DNA of 64,000 bases from Marsupella aquatica. Its lineage: Eukaryota > Plantae > Marchantiophyta. The notes beneath the pieces are model-generated. The model was given only the letters and a program-made list of their open reading frames with translations, searched no databases and had not been told where the DNA came from. How positions within the stretch are numbered: the stretch's first letter is position 1; each line of letters begins with the position of its first letter. Of this stretch, positions 61,296 through 64,000 are shown piece after piece. Where the stretch lies: contig OZ316896.1 of assembly GCA_973895155.1 (NCBI GenBank), positions 7,086,232 through 7,150,231 on the forward strand, read 5' to 3'. The translations under genes and the position numbers were made by a program.

Positions 61296-62635
61296 CTACT
61301 TGTAGTGCAGCCTCAAAACCCCAGGCGACATTAACTCATGGCTGAACTTGAAGTGTGTCTTCATGAATTTGCCATAGGCCATCCCATGTACCATATTCCC
61401 GGAACAAGTCTTGGCTTGCATCCGCAAAGGTGGTCTTCCCAATCCGAATCTTGGCCCAGTGTCTGGCCCAATCACTTTTGAGATAAATGCCAAGGCGATG
61501 CCAAGCCTTCCTGATGCCCCTGTGGGGATTTGGTTGTGTATGCTCAATGAAATGTGTGCACCGATCCTTCCAAATGTCAACATATAATGGCCCTGAAAAG
61601 TTGCTAGAGCTTTGCTGTTATGTCCCACGCATCTGGAAGTTTCGCTTCAACGAAAATGTGAACAGGTTGAAGGAGGATCCGGCTCCCATGAGAGAATGTG
61701 CATTGTTGAAGGATGGATTGTACTCAGGTCAGATGACCTGTGACACAACACACTCCCATATGCAATGAACCATATCTTCATGTTGATTCAATCCACATCT
61801 AGTGCACCAGGTAATTGGGTCAGTGGGTGGTAAACGGGGAAACCTCTAGTGCTGTGTTGCAGGGATGCAATAAATCAATTGCCACATGTAGCAGCTCTCC
61901 CAAGCAGCACGGAAGGGGAGCCAGGTGCGGGTCCATAGAGTTCCGGGATCAGGAGTCCAATTCAACCAGATTGCCCATTTGTGTAAGGCCTCATGGAGGA
62001 TTTTGGGGGGGCGCCCCTGGATTTCCCTTATGTGAGTAGTGGACATATCCAAGAAAGGAAGGCCATCATTCCACTCATATTGGAGCAAAGGTGCCAGAGG
62101 GCGATGGGCCTCCCAATGCAATGTTGGTGGACAGTAGCAGCGCCCTGCTTCCTGACCAAAACCCTGTGCAGGGCGCCTCAGTTGGTGGAGCACAGGTGTC
62201 CATTTTGTGTACACAATTGTTAATCACCTGGAAGGCCAGGCCCGCTTTGGTGTTGAGGAATCCTGGGCGAATTGCCATTGGGTCGTAATGATTCACCTCA
62301 TATTTGAGAACTCCCAGATGTACAGGTTGCAGTCTGATAGCCATGCTTCCATGAAAATAGGGAGTAATTTGCCACGGTCATTGTGTAGCTCTAGAACACT
62401 CTTGAGATCGGCTAACATCTTTTGGTAAGAGCAGGCACAATTTCGTGGTAGTACCACAATAGGCCCATCCTCTCACCTTAGGAAGTTTCCTTGTGCATCC
62501 AAGACATCTTGCATCAATTGAAAACCTGCCATCTTCATTTTACAGTGTGGATTGCTATGGCACTTCCCCCCAATGGAGTGATATGGTTGAGATGAGGTCT
62601 CCAAAGGGGGAGGTGTCTCCAGCCTACAAAGTGTC
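61296..62635 (-). mobile_element. Decayed retroelement mosaic (Gypsy integrase-like with an embedded L1 zf-RVT-like piece)
   Basis: VEAKLP and DWEDHL remnants flank WCTRCG..EDMVHCIWEC at ~61740-61810. Confidence 0.4.
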
Positions 62636-64000
62636 TATCACGTCATCGGCCTAGTCCTTAGGCCGATCTACGTCTAAGACAAACACTTCCCTTGTTAGTA
62701 TTCGGGTTCGGGCAGGGAGGGACGTGCGGAGTGCGTATAATTCTCCCAAACTAGCGCTAAGTGCGCATACATTTACTTACGAGCATGCTTAGGTATGCTT
62801 TGTGTTCCGCCGTCGGAACGTACCTTAGTCGACACGGGGTCCACCCTGGCTTACGGACTTCTAAGCCTTCGTGTTACCGCCTTTGATCCGGATCCATTAG
62901 TACAAGTGCTCAACCCCGGCTTGCAACCCCGTACCCGTAACCTGCACCCCGTGCACACTCGGCATAACGCGTTCGGCCCAACATTGATACTTGCACACAA
63001 GACTCATACATGCATTCATACATAAACATAAATCTTGATTTACACAAAGGAATTGAGGGGAAAGGATTTCATTCATATATGATCATACACTTGCGATTGG
63101 GTGACCCGACACCTCGTGAATGAACGGGCCCAAGGCCGAGGAGTATACACTACAACGGAGCCCGGCTCCGCACTCGCCCGACGAGCTTAGTCTATACCCT
63201 CCCCTTGGCACTCCGACACTTCATTGAGTTTGGGACTCCACGCGCGTACCGCGAATGGCCAACTTCTGAGTCTAAAATCCCCCCCGTGCCTCTACCGGGG
63301 GGCTGCTAAATACTAAGGGCTGAGGACCAGCCTGGCCTCGTGCCCGAATCTACGCTAACTTATATCCTTGCTAAGCTGGTTACGGCTTGTCCTATTAGTC
63401 TAACCTATTCTACACAGGTTGGCTAATGTGTCAGCGCCGCTATCTTTTGGTCGGCACTTGTCCTAACAGCCTATTTTAGCTACTCCTAGTTCTATTCTAA
63501 GCCTAACCCTCCGCTAATGCCTGGTGCGCTTGCCAAATCCGGCCGAGTGGGAGCGGTCATCCCGCTGCCTACGGAGTCTATCATTGTCCATCTTGAGGAG
63601 CTGGACTTGGTCTAGCAGAGATTCGTTCTCTTGCTTTGCCGCGTCTGTCTCCTCAGCTACCTCCTGGCATGCCTATTCTAGTTGTTGAGCATCGCTTGTC
63701 AGCTTGTCCACCATCTGGGTTTGCTTATCGGCTTCGGTTTGAAGCCGCGCTACTTCGGCCTTTAGGGCGGCAATCTCTGCAGTGTCATGCTGGTCCTGCT
63801 TGTTGGCCTCCTCCAGGTCTTTCTACCAGATGACAGTGTGATTCTTCAAACTGTCAATCTGGGTCCGGAGCCATGCAATCTCGGCCTCCTTCCCAGCTTT
63901 GGCCTGTTCGGCTAAGGCGGTAAGGGCGTGCGCATTTGCTAACAACTCATCGGCGACTGCAACCTTGGGTTGTAGTTGCAGAAGCTTAGCCTCTTGAGTC
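62636..64000 (-). mobile_element. Diverged second copy of the ORF-carrying LTR-like element (runs off the window)
   Basis: Reverse complement aligns with ~29100-30456, including ..ENESLLDQVQLLK...RLRRQRD.RSHS.G.GKR.RH* (stop at 63514). Confidence 0.85.

Overview
This is repeat-dense eukaryotic DNA from a plant. GT-AG introns, TTTAGGG repeats and plant gene and retroelement families point to a non-seed land plant, but the lineage is an inference. Two intact host genes are recognisable: a 5-exon SixA-like histidine phosphatase (20474-22854, -) and a 2-exon plant protein with an N-terminal transmembrane segment (55184-57709, -). The rest is nested mobile DNA: L1 LINEs, Copia and Gypsy pieces, MITEs, CACTA ends and a CACTA transposase fragment. 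Highlights follow. (1) At 41.9-50.6 kb, a decayed ~1300-codon gene joins a ParB/Srx-like domain to a prokaryote-type N4/N6 DNA-methyltransferase-like domain and is followed by a NIF/FCP1 HAD phosphatase-like gene. An array of 21-bp palindromes lies upstream, the same palindrome recurs inside the genes, and a CACTA terminus lies ~2 kb downstream. A second, divergent MTase-like remnant sits at 13.5 kb. (2) A young RTEX-like LINE has 181-bp 5' monomers and a 78-bp GT-AG intron in its 5' UTR. A precisely spliced copy of it is joined to telomere repeats, and an inverted 3' end sits head-to-head with the full copy. (3) A 3.9-kb solo-LTR-like unit with a 5-bp TSD carries a long ORF and is inserted in a Gypsy integrase that ends in a PHD finger. 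No rRNA, tRNA or CRISPR was found. All domain calls are by-eye motif recognition, not database searches.
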